The notes beneath the pieces were generated by a model, which did no database searches, was not told the DNA's origin, and saw only the letters and a program-made list of their open reading frames with translations. A stretch of DNA of 64,000 nt from contig RSEE01000083.1 in NCBI GenBank assembly GCA_003971905.1, forward strand, positions 1 to 64,000, given 5' to 3'. Every line of letters begins with the position of its first letter. Positions within the stretch are counted from its first letter, which is position 1. The position numbers were made by a program, and so were the translations under genes. Origin of the DNA: Moniliella sp. 'wahieum' (Eukaryota). Of the stretch, positions 9,307 through 23,758 are shown in pieces.

Positions 9307-11298
9307 TTACTGTCGGGGCTTAAGGTCGATAGATTCCACGAGTGGTCGTAGTTGGTTCGGAACAAGAGGGGGAGGATAGCAAAGCAGACGAGGACGGCGC
9401 CGACGGAACCGCCGAGCAAAGAGCGTGCGAGGATAATGTGTTTCGGGGTGGCGAACTTGTGTTGTCCCGTGCTAGGTGGTTTAGGTGGTTTGTCACCGGG
9501 GGTGGTGGTGTTGGTCAGCCATGGGTTGCGGGTATTAAACCCGTCGGCAAACAGCCGTTGCAGCGAGGCGTTGGCCGTTGTACATGGCATAGTCCATGTG
9601 GGTCATGTTGGCCATAAAGTCGGCGGTGTGGGTTGGGGGAAACTGGCCACCAAAATCATTGGCTAGTGACATGACAAAGTTTGAGCCACGGTCCAAGTGG
9701 TTGAACCCTTGCCATTGGGCTTCCGCTGCCGTGGTGCCCGTGCCAAGATCAAACAGCCCAAGCGCATACGACACGGTCCGGTTCCGGTACCGCTGCACCA
9801 CCGACACCCCATTATCGAACATGGCATCTTTGCGTGCGTACGAGGGTAGTTTGGTCGTGTTCTGGTGCAGGCCATAGGGCCACTGGTCGTACGTCGAGAC
9901 ACTGCTCGCGTTGCTGTAGGGCCGGTTGGACGAGAGCCATGCCCAGGATCCCGGGTTGCCCACCCAGGAGCGCACGTTGGAATCGTAAAACTTGGTCTTT
10001 TTCAACAACGCGTACCGCTGTGCTCCCTGGCCACCCAAGGAATGGCCCGCCACAACAACTTGGTTCAGGTTGGGGAAGACGGATCGGTCAAACAAGGCAT
10101 CGAGGATGGCGTCGAGTGCCATGTATGCACTGACCTTGTGCTGCATCGGCGGGTTCTGTGCCACGCCGCCCATTTGCCACAACGACTTGGTAAAGCACAG
10201 CCAAGCTTTTTGGCAGCTACCAGCGTTCATGTCGTCCGTGTTGAGGAATGCAGGGGCAATGATGCCGACCGACTGGTTGGTGATGCCCCACGTATTAAAG
10301 GGAGGAAAGTTTTGGTCGTGACGATGGTCTTGGCACTGTCCATGTAAGCGGCGTACTTCCAAATGTCGCGCGGCTTGCCCTGCAGCACAATCACAAAGCG
10401 CTTGACCTGAGTCGGATCGGCATAGGACTGGTAAAAGGGCATGATGGACTCGTTGTGGTACTGTTCCCCACGATCAAGGTGGTGTTGAGAGTAAAGTTGG
10501 GGATGGTGGGCAGAAAGTTCCAGCCCGTGTCCTGGCTTCCGTTGACCTGTGCATCCACAGGGTTGGGCAGGTTGGCGTTCCAGGAATATTGAGTACGTCA
10601 GTGCCCAACGCTTGGCCCACGACATATTGCAAGTTGCCGTTCGCAGAGCTCTTGACACCAGGAAGCGCATCAGCTGCCTCGGCGGCAGCAGCAAATTTGT
10701 TCTGGCTGACATCGGCCAAGATGGGGGCCTGCTGGGCATCCGAGGGGGGAAAGGTGCCCGGATCGGACGAGGGCGAGGGCGAGGGTGAGGGCGCCGGTGA
10801 AGGGACGGGGAAGGCGAAGGCGAAGGCGAAGGAGAAGGGAAGGCGGTGCCGCTGAGGAAGATGAGGGGGGCAGGAGGAGGCGGGACATAGGACGACGACG
10901 AGGGAGCAGGAGGAGGCGGAACATAGGACGACGAGGCGGGCTGGGAGCCGCCGCCAGATCCACCGCCGCTTCCGGGTCGGAGCCTTCGGAGCCAGAGTCA
11001 TCGCCGCCATCGGATCCATCAGTGCCATCGGATCCATCAGTGCCATCGGATCCATCAGTGCCATCGGAGCCATCGTCGGCGGCAGAGCCAGAGCCAGAGC
11101 CAGAGCCGGAGCCGGAGCCGGGCGCTGGCGTGGGGCCAGGTCGAGGCGGGCAAGGAGGTTGGGGGAGGCGGTGGCTGCGGAGGGGGCCAAGGCGGAGAAG
11201 GTGGCGAGGGAAGCGAGGGTGAGGGGCGAGGAGGAGGAGGGCCGGGAGCGGACGGCCGCGGCCGCGGGCACGGCTCGGGGGCGTGCCAGGACGAGCAT
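9307..11298 (-). CDS. Putative secreted/membrane-anchored alpha/beta-hydrolase with a low-complexity N-terminal region; frameshifted, ends approximate
   Basis: VVVAGHSLGGQ nucleophile elbow (GxSxG), FVIVLQGKPRD, GNPGSW; hydrophobic N-terminus and a C-terminal transmembrane-like stretch (LLGGSVGAVLVCFAILPLLF). Confidence 0.7.
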
Positions 11299-12306
11299 GG
11301 CAGGGAGCAGTGGTGGTGGTGGTGGTGGTGGTGCCGATGGTGCCTGAGGCCTTAAGCGGTAACCCTGAGCCTCAACCAGCAGGCCCTCAGGCCTCATGGG
11401 CCCCATGCGAGCAGCGCCCCCAGCCAAGGCACAGTGGCTGCATGCCAAGCCTACGCCAACCAACGAGCGGACACTGCCCCCGCGCGGCTGCCCACCCGGC
11501 CAGTCTCTCGCCTGCCTAGTCAGTAGTGCCGCGCTGTGGGCGCCGGACGCCGGGCCCCCGAGCGCCTCGCCCGCGCCCTGCCCCGCATGCGGCCTGTGTC
11601 AGCCCAGGTGCGATCCGCGCACACCCGCCGCATGCCGCCCCATCGGCCGGCTGAGGCGATCGTCCATCATGCATCATGCATCATGCATCACCCAAGCCTC
11701 AGCACAGCTGCATGCGCTCAGGCTGAGCACATGCCCTGCGCAAACGCATGCTGCATGCGCCCCAATCGACAATCGGAGGCCTGCCCGGATCGAACCCGTG
11801 GGGGAGGGCGACACGCGGGGCACGCTACGCGTCACGTGTCCCATGTCACGTCCGCCGACGCAGCCGTCGCAGCAAATGGCGCGCGCACGTGAGCGTGTCG
11901 GCACGCGTGTCGGGCGCTGGCGGGCCCCCCACCCAGCAGCAGCGGCGGGCACAGCGGCAGTGCGCAGCGGCTGGCGTAAGCACCGCACGCGCTCCAGGCA
12001 GCCGTCGGTGGGCGCACGCGTGAGGGGGCGCGGCCGCGGCGGCGGGGGCGAGTGTGCGGTGTTGGTGTCGCGTGGCGGGCAGGGTTGCGCGGAATGGGCC
12101 ACTGGCTGCGTTTCTGGCGTTTGGCTTTGGCGTTGGCGTTTTGCTCGGCTACACCCACCCACCCACACCACACCGCACCCGCAACCGCAACCGCAACCGC
12201 AACCGCGTCGATCGACAGGCGCTTGCTGGCTTTGCCACCGCATCCAGCTCCTTGCTCTAACCCTCCACCACCTCCACCACCACCTCCTCCTACCATCTCC
12301 TTCCCC

Positions 12307-14555
12307 ATGCCGCCTCGGCCATGCCCCCGCCCGCCGCCGCGCCCGCGTCCGCGCCACGCTCCAAGCGCCGCGCTGCGTCCCACCAGCTCCCCGCGCCCCC
12401 GCCCCCACCCAAGTTCCGCCGCCTCCAGCCCGCCTCCCCCACCACACCCGCCCTCCCGACGCCCCGACGCGCCCCCCGACCTGCCCCGCGCACACGCACA
12501 CCCCCGCTCCAAGAGCGACAAGCGGCCTCCTCGACCAGTACCGCGAGGTACAAGCAAGTCTTCCCTGCCTACCGCTTTTACCTCGACGGCTTTGACCGCG
12601 TCGAGCACCACCACCTCGCTTCCCGCATCGTCTCCCACGGAGCGGGCATCGAGCACTTTTTCAGCAACGTCTGCACCCACCTTGTTACTGCCTCCTCCTT
12701 CCCGCCCTCGGCGCCCGCGCCCGACCTCAAGACCAAGTCCCACGACCATCCCCCCGACTCCCCTTCCCCACACCCCCACCCGCAAGGACACCGACCTGGA
12801 CCCTTCTGCAGCGTCGACGACGACCACCAGTGCGTTGCGCCGCGTGGATCCCAACCGCAGCCGCCCATCCACGTTGCCCTTCACCCAGCGGCCCCTCCAT
12901 GACGACAAGAGCCCCTTTGAAGAAGGCCAGGCTGGCATTGTGGCCCAGGCAGTGCGCATGAATGTGCGCGTGTGCCTCGAGCTAGTACGTCGTCCGCTCT
13001 TCTCCGTCCCCTTCTCCTTCTTTCTCACACATCTTACTGTATTGTACTTACTGACCTCCTCGCCTCGTGCCCCCTCCCGCGCCCACAGAACTGGTTCGCA
13101 TTCTGGATGTATTTGATGGCCAGATGCCGTCGCCAACTGTAGAGAAGCCCGTTCGCAAGGAGCGCCCGGCCCGAACGGCAGAAGACCTGCGCACCTTGTG
13201 GCTGCCGAGAAGGTGGTGGGCGCCGCGACGTCCGTCCAGGCCACCCGGGCTGCCCAGAGCCAGAGCCAGAACCAGAACCAGAAACTCAACCTGAACCCGA
13301 GCCAGAACCAGAACCTCGCCTACCCCCTCAGGTCAACCCGTTCCGCTTCGGCCCGCTCCAACGCCCAAGTGACAGCGCAGTACACCACCCTAACCGGCAT
13401 CTTTGTTCTGGTGGAAGATGCGACACAATTCACCGGCCTATCTACCTGGAACTGTTTGAACCGACGACGGATGAGAAACAGGTGCCGGCCTGGCCACAGT
13501 GGTACCCACTACGGGCGAAGGACGGTTGCCCCTTCACCCGTCCTTCAGGACGCAAGACGTCGTGTCGAGAAACGCAACGCGCACGCTGCGCATCGAGCTG
13601 GACGAAGCGCACGTGGCCGAAGTGGTGCGCAGCAGTGGCGAGAGGGCCAGGCAGCCGCAGCGCTCTTACCCAACAAGGTACCGGTGTCGGGGCCGGTGCC
13701 GGTGCCGGTGCCGGAGTTGGGACTGGGGCGGAAGACCAATCGAACGTGACTTTGGCCATGACCGTGACGGAGGACGAGCGGTCAGTGAGCATGATGGCGG
13801 CCCTACGGCTTCCGGAATGAGCATGGCAAGTTTAGCACGTACCATGGTGCTGACCCTGCAGCTTCGGCCGCGTCGACATGGGCGCACCGAGCAGCGGTTC
13901 ACCACGTCCACCGCGCCCTTTGGCACAGACAACGACAGCTCCCGCGGGCGCTATCGGGGCCACAGGCGCTATAGGGGGCCGTACACGTAACCCGCGTGTC
14001 CAAGCGTTGCAGAAACGGTTGACTACTGTCGGTCTCTGCCTGCCGCTGCTACAACCACAACCACAACCACAGCCACAACCACTACTGCTTCCACTGCCGC
14101 TGGCACTGTGCCTACGACACGCACTACTCGATCGGGTTGCAGCTACTGCGGCAGCTGGAGCTTCTGAGTCTTCCTCTGATTCCGCTTGTCTAGAAACGGC
14201 TACGCCAGCTACAGCCGCTGCTGCGGCAGCTGCTGCGATTGGGGCCAAGAGCCAAGTACGCGCATACATGGCGCGCCGCGCACAGTTGGCCCTGTCGCAC
14301 CCTGATGATCCCACTGCTACTGCAACTGCTGCCGGTACAGACGCTGGGGCGGATGCCGCGGCGTGTGGGGAGTCGGAAGCGGTGGTGCGGGACGATCGAC
14401 CTGGGTACTGTGAGAATTGTCGTGTCAAGTACGAGCAGTTTGATGCGCATGTCGCTTCGCGTCGCCACCGTCGGTTTGCACGCGATGACAGTAACTTTGT
14501 TCAGCTGGATAAGATGTTGAAGCGCGTCGAGCGGGAGCCGATCGATTTCCTCTGA
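12307..14555 (+). CDS. DBF4: Dbf4/Dfp1 regulatory subunit of the Cdc7 (DDK) kinase; intron 12985-13088; frameshifted
   Basis: Motif N (YKQVFPAYRFYLDG...IEHFFSNVCTHLVT), motif M (FVLVEDAT), motif C zf-DBF (PGYCENCRVKYEQFDAHVASRRHRRFA). Intron GTACGT...TACTGAC...CAG. Confidence 0.9.
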
Positions 14556-16232
14556 GGCGTGAGGCGTGAGGCCTGAGGCTCAGGCGTGAGGTATGCGCCC
14601 GGGCCGTACCCTGTGCGCGCAATACGTGTGGTATGCTGTCAAGGGGAAAGGGGAAGGGGACTGTTCCCTCTACAAGGCAAAGGAAAGGAAGGGGATGAGA
14701 TCGAGATGAGACGAGACTGAGTAGATCCCCCTCCCCCCCCTGTCCTGTCTGGGGACGGACTCTTGCATTGGCATTAGCATTGGCATGGCATTGATATTAG
14801 TATTGGATTGGCATTGGCATTGGTATTAGTATTGGCAGTGAATTCTGGGTTCGGTAGTCTGGGGTCTCGGGCCTGGGGTATGAGTTCGTTCTGTTGTGCT
14901 AGGTGCGTGGTGGGGGTGGGGGTTGGGGGATGGTGCTGGTGCAGTGAGTGGGATACTTAGGCGAGGTAGGTAACCCGTTCCATTTGTCCTTCGTCCATCG
15001 TCCCTCATCGACATCCTTCGTCCATCATCTACCTTCCTCCGACAGGCCTCACGGGAATCGGCAATCGACAATCGATAATCAGGTCAAGGTTCGTCGACAG
15101 GTACATGACGTTGGTCGTGCGAGACGCGAAGGCCAAGGTGCGGCGCGTTTCTTGGTGTGTTGGTGCTTTGGGTGCTTTGGTGGGACATGGGACGTGGGAC
15201 GGGGACGGGGGACGGGGACGGGGGACGGGGGACGGAGGGAAACGGCGAGGCTGCGGCGCACGTGACGTGTGAAGCGTGACGTGTGATGTTTGATGTTGAT
15301 GCTGATGGGACGTATCGGTGCAATGGACGCGCGTGCCAAGGAAGGGGAGGGAGTAGGGTTGTGGTCGGTGACGGTTGACGTTGACCGGTGACCGGTGACA
15401 TGGGACATGGGAGGATCGATGTACGAGACGGGCCATTGCGTAAGCGCTAAGCGCAGCTCCCCGATCGAAGAAGCGCCCCTGAATGGACGAGTGCCTGAGA
15501 GCACTGAATTGTTGCATTGGTGAATTGTTGACAAGGAGACGCACAGTGAGGGTTATAGTGGCCTAGTGGCCTAGGGCCTAGTGGCCTAGTGGCCTAATGA
15601 CGCGGGGATGTTGACCAGTCCACAGTCCACAGTCCACTCCTGCGGCAATCCTTAGTCCTGGCCAGTCGAATCGCTCCGACGATATGGATGATGGAATGAG
15701 TACGTTGAGTACTGAGTTCAGTACTGAGTACCGCCGCAATGATCGGCGAGGGCGAGGGTAGCTTGGCGCCGCACCGCCCCGCTTGCTTCCGACAGCCGCC
15801 TACTGCAGCCGCCGGGACGAGAACGCGAGTACGTACTGAGTTCAGTACGCAGCACAGCCAACGCCCGCCTCACCGCCCACTCTTCCCAGTCTCCCAGCGG
15901 CGAGAGAGGAATATCTGCTAGGGGGGAATGGCGAATGGCGAGAGCCAGGCGCCAGGCCGTGGGTAAGAGCGACTCATCGGTACCCCCCCTGAAAGCGGCA
16001 GTTCCGTTGGTGGATCATCGATCACGCTGGGCTGGCAACACAACACAACAAAACACAACACAGCTGTCGGCATGCTGTCGCCGACGGGACGGAAGCAACC
16101 GGGGCAATTCGTAGCTATCAACTAGTAGTAGTAGCGCCTGGCAAACTATCAGCAACAAACAACAAACGGCAAACCATCACATCCCCTGCGTGTTTGTTTC
16201 TTCCATCTCCAAACGCCACCCCCCTGCCGCCC

Positions 16233-18215
16233 ATGCCTCCGTCCTGCCCCGGCCGGCGTGGCCCCGCCTGCGCCTCGTCTCGCCCGGGACGGCGCACGCT
16301 CCTACGCGCACTGGCCGCCGCCAGCGTCGCCGTTCCTCTCCTCGCCCCTGCCGCGGCGGCAGACACGGTGAGTGTACCGATTGCGCCCAGCGCCGATGTC
16401 GCTCATGCCGGCACCATCTCGCCCACTGAGCTGTCACCGTCCTTTGCTGGTGTCAGTATCGAACCAAGCAACCTATTTGCGTTTGTGGTTCGGCGGTGCC
16501 CAACGACCTGACCAGCCAGTTGATGGCCAACCTGCGTAACTTGACGGGCCAGCCTGCCCATGTGCGTATCGGTGGGTCCTCCGGGGACAATATGGTGTAC
16601 GACAGCTCGGTCACCGATCCTGTTGTCGAAGACAATCCAGGCAAGTCCAACGTAACGAACCAGTGGCGGTTTGGGCGTGGGTTTCTACGTGTGCTTGACT
16701 TTTTGCCGCCTGGTACGCCAGTCACGCTCGGTCTCAACCTCGCCTACACGGGGGCGGATGCAGTGGACCGAAACGTGCAGGAAGTCAACGACCTCCTCTT
16801 TGTCCCATAACATCTCCCTCGTCTCCCTCGAGATTGGCAACGAGCCTGACCGGTACGTGAGCCAAGGCTATCGTCCCGGAGGCTGGAGCGAGGATCCAGG
16901 CTACGGTCCTGAATGGCTCGCGCGCGCCCAAGCCATCTCGACACATGCGCTGAGACCACACAACGTCTCCCGTACAGCCTTTGAAGCTGGCACGACTGCC
17001 AACCCGTTCTCGGGCGCCGGAACGGCGTTCCAGATTCATTGGTTGGCATACGACGAACGAGGAATCGCATCCAACTCGTTGATTATGTCGCGGGCTTGTC
17101 GGAACATGATTACATTTACACTGTAAGTCCTACCCCTCCCCCTGCCTCTTGCCCCTTCCTCTGCCCCTGCCTTGCCCTGCCTCTTCTCCCTCCCCTGCCC
17201 CCTCTCTGCGCACGTTGGTGTGCCTGGTTAGTCTGGACAGTGAAACTGACTTGTTGGTGGCCGCACAGTTGGCGCGACCAACGCCGAGCTAACGCAAGAC
17301 TGGTTGCTCAACCTCAACAATACGTACCAACAATTCACCGGGTGGGCCGGGGAAGTGCAAGCGGCTGTGCAGCGGCACAAGCCGTACTACCTACGGGAAG
17401 TAGCGTCGGTAGGACCAGATGGATCTTGGGGGGTATCCGACTCGTTTGCAAATACGTTGTGGACATTAACTTTTTATTGTATACCGCGTCGCTAGGCGTG
17501 GCGGGGGTCAACTTGCACATGACCCAACGGGTGCTGCGGCGCCGTGGCAACCGATCCCGGTCGACGGACACGGTGGACCCCATGTCCGAAGTCCATTTTA
17601 CGCCTTGGCGGCGATGGACCAGATAGTAGGTGGAAGCTGTGCGGTGCGCGTGGCACAGGTCCCCGTACCAGCTAATGCGAGCCAACGATACGCTGCTTAC
17701 AGCCTCTATTCCCACGCCCAACTCACTGGCTTGGCACTCGCTCAACACTCTCCCATCCAATTCCTCCTCCACGTCGCGTGGCCAAGCGCAATTTACATTT
17801 GTCCTTCCCCAGCTGGCCAACCAAGCCTTCTACCTCTCCTACCTCTCTGCCCCGGGCACCGACGCACTGAGCAACACCACCTGGAACGGGATGGCGTACG
17901 AAGAGAGTACAGGTCTGCCTGGTCCCGCTCCGGACCTGCCCACTTCTGGCCTTCCACGGCCACGCCGACGCTCAGGGAAGCGTGACGGTGCCCGTGCCAG
18001 ATGGCACAGCGGTCGTACTCAACCTAGGCTCCAGGTTGGGCAGTCAACCGGTCCAAGTCTCTCCCGAAGCGTGTGCGCACAAAGTCCCGCTTGCTCCCTT
18101 GAGCAGTGGTAGTAGTACGGGCAAGACGGAGAGGGTGCATGGCGCATGGGCGCGTGCGGGGATCGCTGTGGTCTTGGCTGCGGGCACTGCTCATGCGCTG
18201 ATGCGACATGTGAGG
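16233..18215 (+). CDS. Glycoside hydrolase family 79 (beta-glucuronidase-like), secreted, possibly GPI-anchored; intron ~17123-17268; frameshifted, end approximate
   Basis: SFAGVSIEP, NLTGQPAHVRIGGSSGD, catalytic EIGNEPD, GVSDSFANTLW, GVNLHM; signal-like N-terminus and hydrophobic C-terminus. Confidence 0.82.
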
Positions 18216-18535
18216 TGCGCAGCGCGGCCCGATCTACCTATATCCTATCCTATTATTGCACACGCAGTCGGTTCGACTGGCCGCTGGAAAGGCCCAGCGT
18301 CCCAATGCACAATCTGCATCTGCTCTCTTCGTTCTGTGTCTAGGGAGACCATTGCCACACGAGATGCGCGGGACGGGACACGTTGTGGGGGAAGTTCGCA
18401 TTATACTCGTCGCGGGACCAGTATACGTCGGCCGCTGATCGTTGAACGTGTAAGTCGAACCCTCAGAGGGGTATGGGCTGCCCCGCAAGTCGTACTGGAT
18501 TCCCTATGCTTTTCTCTATGGACGGCGTGGCCCGA

Positions 18536-18536
<1 letters not shown>

Positions 18537-18627
<91 letters not shown>
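18537..18627. repeat. Perfect heptamer tandem repeat (AACATCG)x13
   Basis: Read directly: 91 nt of identical 7-mers with no spacers. Confidence 0.98.
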
Positions 18628-18628
<1 letters not shown>

Positions 18629-19626
18629 TCAATATTCAATGGCTGTCCAATGGCTGTCCATAGTTGGCACCTGCGCGTCCTATATACCTGTCTCGGCTGG
18701 TAGATGGCAACGCAAAGAAGTAGGGTAGACTCAGCACTCAGGTACTCAGGCTCGCAGAGGTACCATCAATCATAAATCCTTCCGCGTTACTTACGTGGGA
18801 CGCAGTACGACAGGTACCAGAGTTGGTTGTCTCGGCTTCCCGCCGGCCACAACCCGGGTTCAACGCACGACACGCTCACCTGTGACATTGACACGTGCAT
18901 GCATGTGACGCGGGTAGTAGTATTCCATACTTCGAGGGTAACCGGTAACTAGTTAGGTACGTTAGCTCCTCTTGCTAGATCCTGCCGGCTGCGGAGGGGG
19001 GCTATTATCATGCATATGCTTCTTCGCCCTGCACCTGCACCTGCATCATCATCTCCCCAGGGCCTCACTTCGCTTTTCACATGCACATCTCCAGTCTCTC
19101 TGTCACATATCACCGGCTTGCGCTCAGCCGCTCAGCAGTGAGGCTCACTTTCCTATCCTGGGCCTGAGGCCTGACTGTGTTTTATTGTTACCAATCCCAT
19201 TTTTCAGTCTCGGTTAAACGTTACTTGGCATAATCCTTGTCGAGTATATCCATACCGACGTCTTCCCCCGCGCGTTCCGATCCTTGCAGTGGACACTCCT
19301 GGTCGAGGGAGCGCAACTGCCACATACCCCTTCTCACCGCACCACAGATCCTCCCGTGGAATATAACGTGTTGGACGGCATGCGTCCCTTAGTAGTCAAC
19401 TAGGCAGACCTCAGTGGGCCGGGCCTGAGGAGCGGCCCCGATCGCAGCCGCGTCGAGGTAGCTAGCACTTCCTGCTCTGTCACATGTCACCGCTAAGCTA
19501 ACCCCAACGTGGGGTTGCCGATGCGAAGCGCTACGCTAACCAAGCCAGGGCACGGATTCCCAGAACCCAGATCCCAGATCCCACGCCTCCAAGTTCCTGC
19601 CCCCACTAACTCTTTCCAAAAAGAAT

Positions 19627-19738
19627 AGGTCCCACTGGGATTCGAACCCAGGTTTCAGGAATGTGACATGTGACCAGCGGACACAGCACTGTCAGATTTG
19701 TCAGAATCCTACTTGCTAACCAACTACAATATGGAACC
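19627..19738 (-). tRNA. tRNA-Gln: tRNA-Gln(CUG) with a 39-nt intron at the canonical 37/38 position (19662-19700)
   Basis: Reverse strand: acceptor GGTTCCA/TGGGACC, D arm, anticodon stem TAGGA/TCCTG with CTG at 19702-19704, T arm CTGGG-TTCGAAT-CCCAG, downstream T5 Pol III terminator (19618-19622). Confidence 0.93.
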
Positions 19739-20095
19739 GGTTATGCGCGGCTTTCCCGAATAGACATCCGAATAGACACTTGGCATAAAATAAGAGGGGA
19801 AGAAACGGTTGGTTCCGTGGATGCCAAAGGAACGCCATCCCATCAGAACGGCTACGATCTTCCTGAGACGAACCTGGTCTAGCACCTCTGTTCACCGTGT
19901 CCCATGTTGTTTTTATTCTCATTCGTCATATGTCGCGCTGCGTCCCCACTCCCCCACACGGCAGCAGGGCGGGTAGATGCGAACATGGCATGCAAAAAAA
20001 AGATGATGAAGTGAAGATAAATAAAAGTCAAGCAAAAGGAACTGCTTTTTGATGAGGCAGGGGGGTCGGGGGGTCATCCATCATCGAATCGTCAC

Positions 20096-21954
20096 CTACT
20101 TAGCCACCGTTCCGTTGGTCACCACCGCAGGCGTGTAGTTACCAAAGCAGGCCTGCTGATAGTTGGCCGCTTGAGTGAGATGAGTTTGCTGGTACTGGAC
20201 AAACTCACTGAGCAAGCAAGCGCCGTCGGCGCGGGGGGTGCAACCCTGAGCCTCGTTCATGGGGATGAGTGCGTCGTTGAGCAAAGTGCGTACGATCGTC
20301 TCGGAAGTGGTGGTGTTGGTGGTTTCCTCTGTAGTGGTGCAGTCGGCCACTTCGTAAATCAGTCGTGCAGCGTACGGGGTGATATGGGCCAACTTATCGA
20401 TCCGCGTGGCATTGGCTTGCAAGCCCTTCAACACCTCGCCCAGTACTTGAGTGTAGTTGAACGCAGTTAGGACGGAGACCAAGACACTGTCATGGGTAAA
20501 GTCCATGTACAGTTGTTGGTCCATGGGGAAAAAGGTGGGGGTGAGCAAGGAAGTGTTTTGCGTGGTCAACGGTTCGGGCGAGAGGAGAGGGGAGGTATTG
20601 TTCAATCGGGCCAGAACGTCTTGGGCCAATCCCACACCTTGCGCCCGACCCGTCTGCGATCCAAACGAAAAGTCACCCCAAAATTCCAGGTCTAGCTCGT
20701 ACTCAAACCCAGCCCATTCTTCCTGTGTGAACAGCTGGCAGAACGGCGAGGTACCCACCCCCACCGTCTCGTACGCACACAGCGATTGCATCCCAAGTAC
20801 CATGTCGGTCGTCAAGTTCAACCCGGGCACCAGCGGCTGCAGACGCGCAGTCGCATTGACCAGGTACATGGCTTTCCACGTCGGATCCAAGAACATGTGA
20901 CCGGCATAGGTCTTCTGGGTATTGTTGCACGCCACGTAGCCGGCTAGGGTATTGTTAAAGCCCGGGGCTTCGAGAATGACCTCAAGGTCAATTAGGTTGG
21001 GTGCGTCCAAGCCAAAAAAGCCAGCGGTAAAGTACCGTGCCGACTCGAGCATGCGTCCTTCAGACGTGGTGCGCACTACAGGCTTGTGCGATTGGTTGAC
21101 AGGGTTGTACAGTTGACCGTACTGGTAATACGCCTTGACACCCGAATCGAACAGTTCTTTCGCGCCGTTGGGCACCAACGCCTCGGCTCCAAGTTGGTAC
21201 GTCCAGTCGTTAAGGAACGCCAGTGGACCCGAAGCGTTCAGCGCCGGACCCGTGCCAGCGGACGCATTGGCCTTGACTTGCGCAACGGTCATTCCGAACG
21301 CCGGCGCAGCCTCAATGTTGCCCGAGGTGGGGTAGCGCGAACCGTGACGGTGCAAGATCTGCACCTTCTTGATGGAGCAGGTGGGCGCGAGTTGCCGCTG
21401 GCTCTGCCATTCGGGGAAGAGGGGCGAGGGGAAGTACGGCGACTATTGAGTTGGATGGCAAGAGAAACCACAAAACCACAAAAACACAACACCGGGCCCA
21501 AATTGACCCCCCATCGACACAGGATCCGTCACTTGTCAGTACTCAGTGGGCGCTTCGTTATATTTCGAGCAAAGAGTAGAGAAGACGGGAAAGAGACGAA
21601 GAAGATGAGACGTACGTTGTTGCCCCACGACTGGTCCACGACAAACGTCGGGTCGGTCCCGTTGAGGGGGAGGTAATTGACCTCGACGGCGGAGAGGCTA
21701 TGGTTCTTGCCGTTGGCAGAGGCGTTGACGGGGTTGTACTGTGCGACGAAGGGTGCGGCGCCGAGAACGTAGGGGCCGCGGAACCCGACGTTGGTGGGGA
21801 AGAGGGGGTCGAGGGTGACAGTGGAGTTGGGCTGGACCAGGCCGGCTTGGCGGGCAACGTGGGAGGCGCGCGTGGGGGGCAGCACGGCGGCCGTGGCTGG
21901 CGACACGCAGATGGCCGTGGCGGCGGCAGCGGTGGCGAGGGCGAAGGCGAGCAT
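20096..21954 (-). CDS. Secreted histidine acid phosphatase / 3-phytase; intron 21443-21615
   Basis: RHGSRYP and FTHD catalytic motifs; signal peptide MLAFALATAAAATAICVSPATA; GTACGT...TAG intron gives in-frame WGNN|SPYF. Confidence 0.92.
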
Positions 21955-23758
21955 GGGAACTGGCGTGTGGCGTGCAGACGGGGGACCTCTTTGAGGCGCA
22001 GGCGAAGGTGGGATGTATTAATACCCCAGAGCGATGGAGAAGTAGTGGGGTTGGGGGTGGGGATGGCACGTGATATGATGGGTTAAGTGCTGCATCGGTT
22101 GTGCGGCGGAGGGAGAGCTAGTGGTTGGTATACTATGACGGTACCTTCCTTCAATGGTAGACTAGTGTTACATGTTACACAATAGTATCTGCGTGCGTGA
22201 CGTCTGCGTAGTACAAGATAGCCGGCCGGAGAGAGGCTAGCAGCCGGCAAGCAAGTAATAGCACCTAGGAACCATATCACTCCACCTACGCACTGCCTCT
22301 CCACGAGCAAGTAGTCACTAGTCCCTGCCGCGCAATGTACACAGTGCGCGTCTATAGCATAGCCGGTGGCAGCCACGTTGGAGGGGATTGAATATTGATT
22401 TCCAGGGAAATTTGTGCAGCAGAAATCCATTTCGGAGGCATGTTTTGGCGGGCTTTTGGGGCTGTGACTAGTGACTGCGTACTATAATAGTAAGAAGTGT
22501 GCCCTGTGCTTGCCGTTGCTCATTCCATGCAACACGGAATCTACCCGGCCGTCCCTGTCCCGCACATCGGCCGTCCGGCGCCTGGCTGTCTGCACCCACC
22601 GGACCCACCGGCCACCGCGGCTTGTAGGAGCAGAGAAGTACAGGGGAGTGAAGACAGTGCAATATGACTTGGTATAGTGTCAGCGTGTCGCACAGGGTCT
22701 ATATTCAATACAGAGAAGGTATCATCTCGCGCGTCAATATGTACACTACAACACCGGGTGAGGTGCAGGGAAGGCAAAGAGTAGGGAAGCGAGTGGGGTG
22801 CCCGGGTGGGCCGGGGTGTGAGGTCAGGGGGGCTTTGGAGTCCAACAAAACAATCCCAACAGATAGTGCAATGGCAACTGAATGTTGCTCCTCGCGAGGG
22901 GACACGAGGGGACACACCCTTTTGTCTGTGTGGGAACTGTTGATGAGAAGCGAGACTAGTTCCAGCGCCGCATACACATGGGGGGCCCGAATCCATCTCA
23001 ATGTACTAAGACTATAGTTGCCGCGGTCACTTTCCCTCGCACGGGAACGTAGATCGACCAACGAGATCCGGCAGTGTAATTGGCCACCTGCGGCACCCGC
23101 CCTTAGGCCTTATCGGTTACCACCGGTCCTATTACGGCCGCCGTGGCCATGGATTGTATGACGGTCCACGACGGTCGTTTCTGGCATGGTAACCAAGTCG
23201 ATGGCTGCGCCGACGCCGTGGACTCCGGCTGACCCCGGCTGACCGGCGCACCTACCCTACCCTCCATCAAAGTCCACGACGCGGCCTTGGCGAGCCGGGA
23301 AAGGGAGAGCGCATCAAGGCGCCAGACTCGCCGCATGTTTTGGCGCAGTATGGTGGCTCCACTCATCATATGAATTGTGGTGTGGCTGTAACTAACTACA
23401 TTGTAACTTGGCGATGCGCTCCATATGGCTCGGTTCGCTTCCATCTCCAATTTCGGAGTGTCTCGTTTGGAGCGTACGTCTCGCGGTTTCCCTCTTTTCT
23501 TGGTGAATGCCTTCCTGTTACCCTCCCGACTGGGACGCGCAGTCTCCCGACTGTGGGAGTCGGGGGTACGCAGACGGAGTATTAGGAGCACCAAGTGTAT
23601 ACACCCACCGAGTCCCCGTCCTGAATCTTTCAAGTTGAGCATCACGCGTCCCGTCCTATCACCCCACCAACGCACCGCGCTTGGCTCAACTCTTCATCGC
23701 AACCCCCGGATTGGCCACCATCACCACCACCAGAACCACCGGCATCGGTATCGGCACC

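Noticed and set aside
18537..18627. Possible CRISPR-like array or coding repeat (NIEHRTS)n
   Set aside because: Identical 7-mers without spacers in a eukaryote; a simple minisatellite that creates spurious ORFs.
9307..21954. Cluster of secreted hydrolases (esterase, GH79, phytase)
   Set aside because: Interrupted by DBF4 and a tRNA, with no shared pathway evident.
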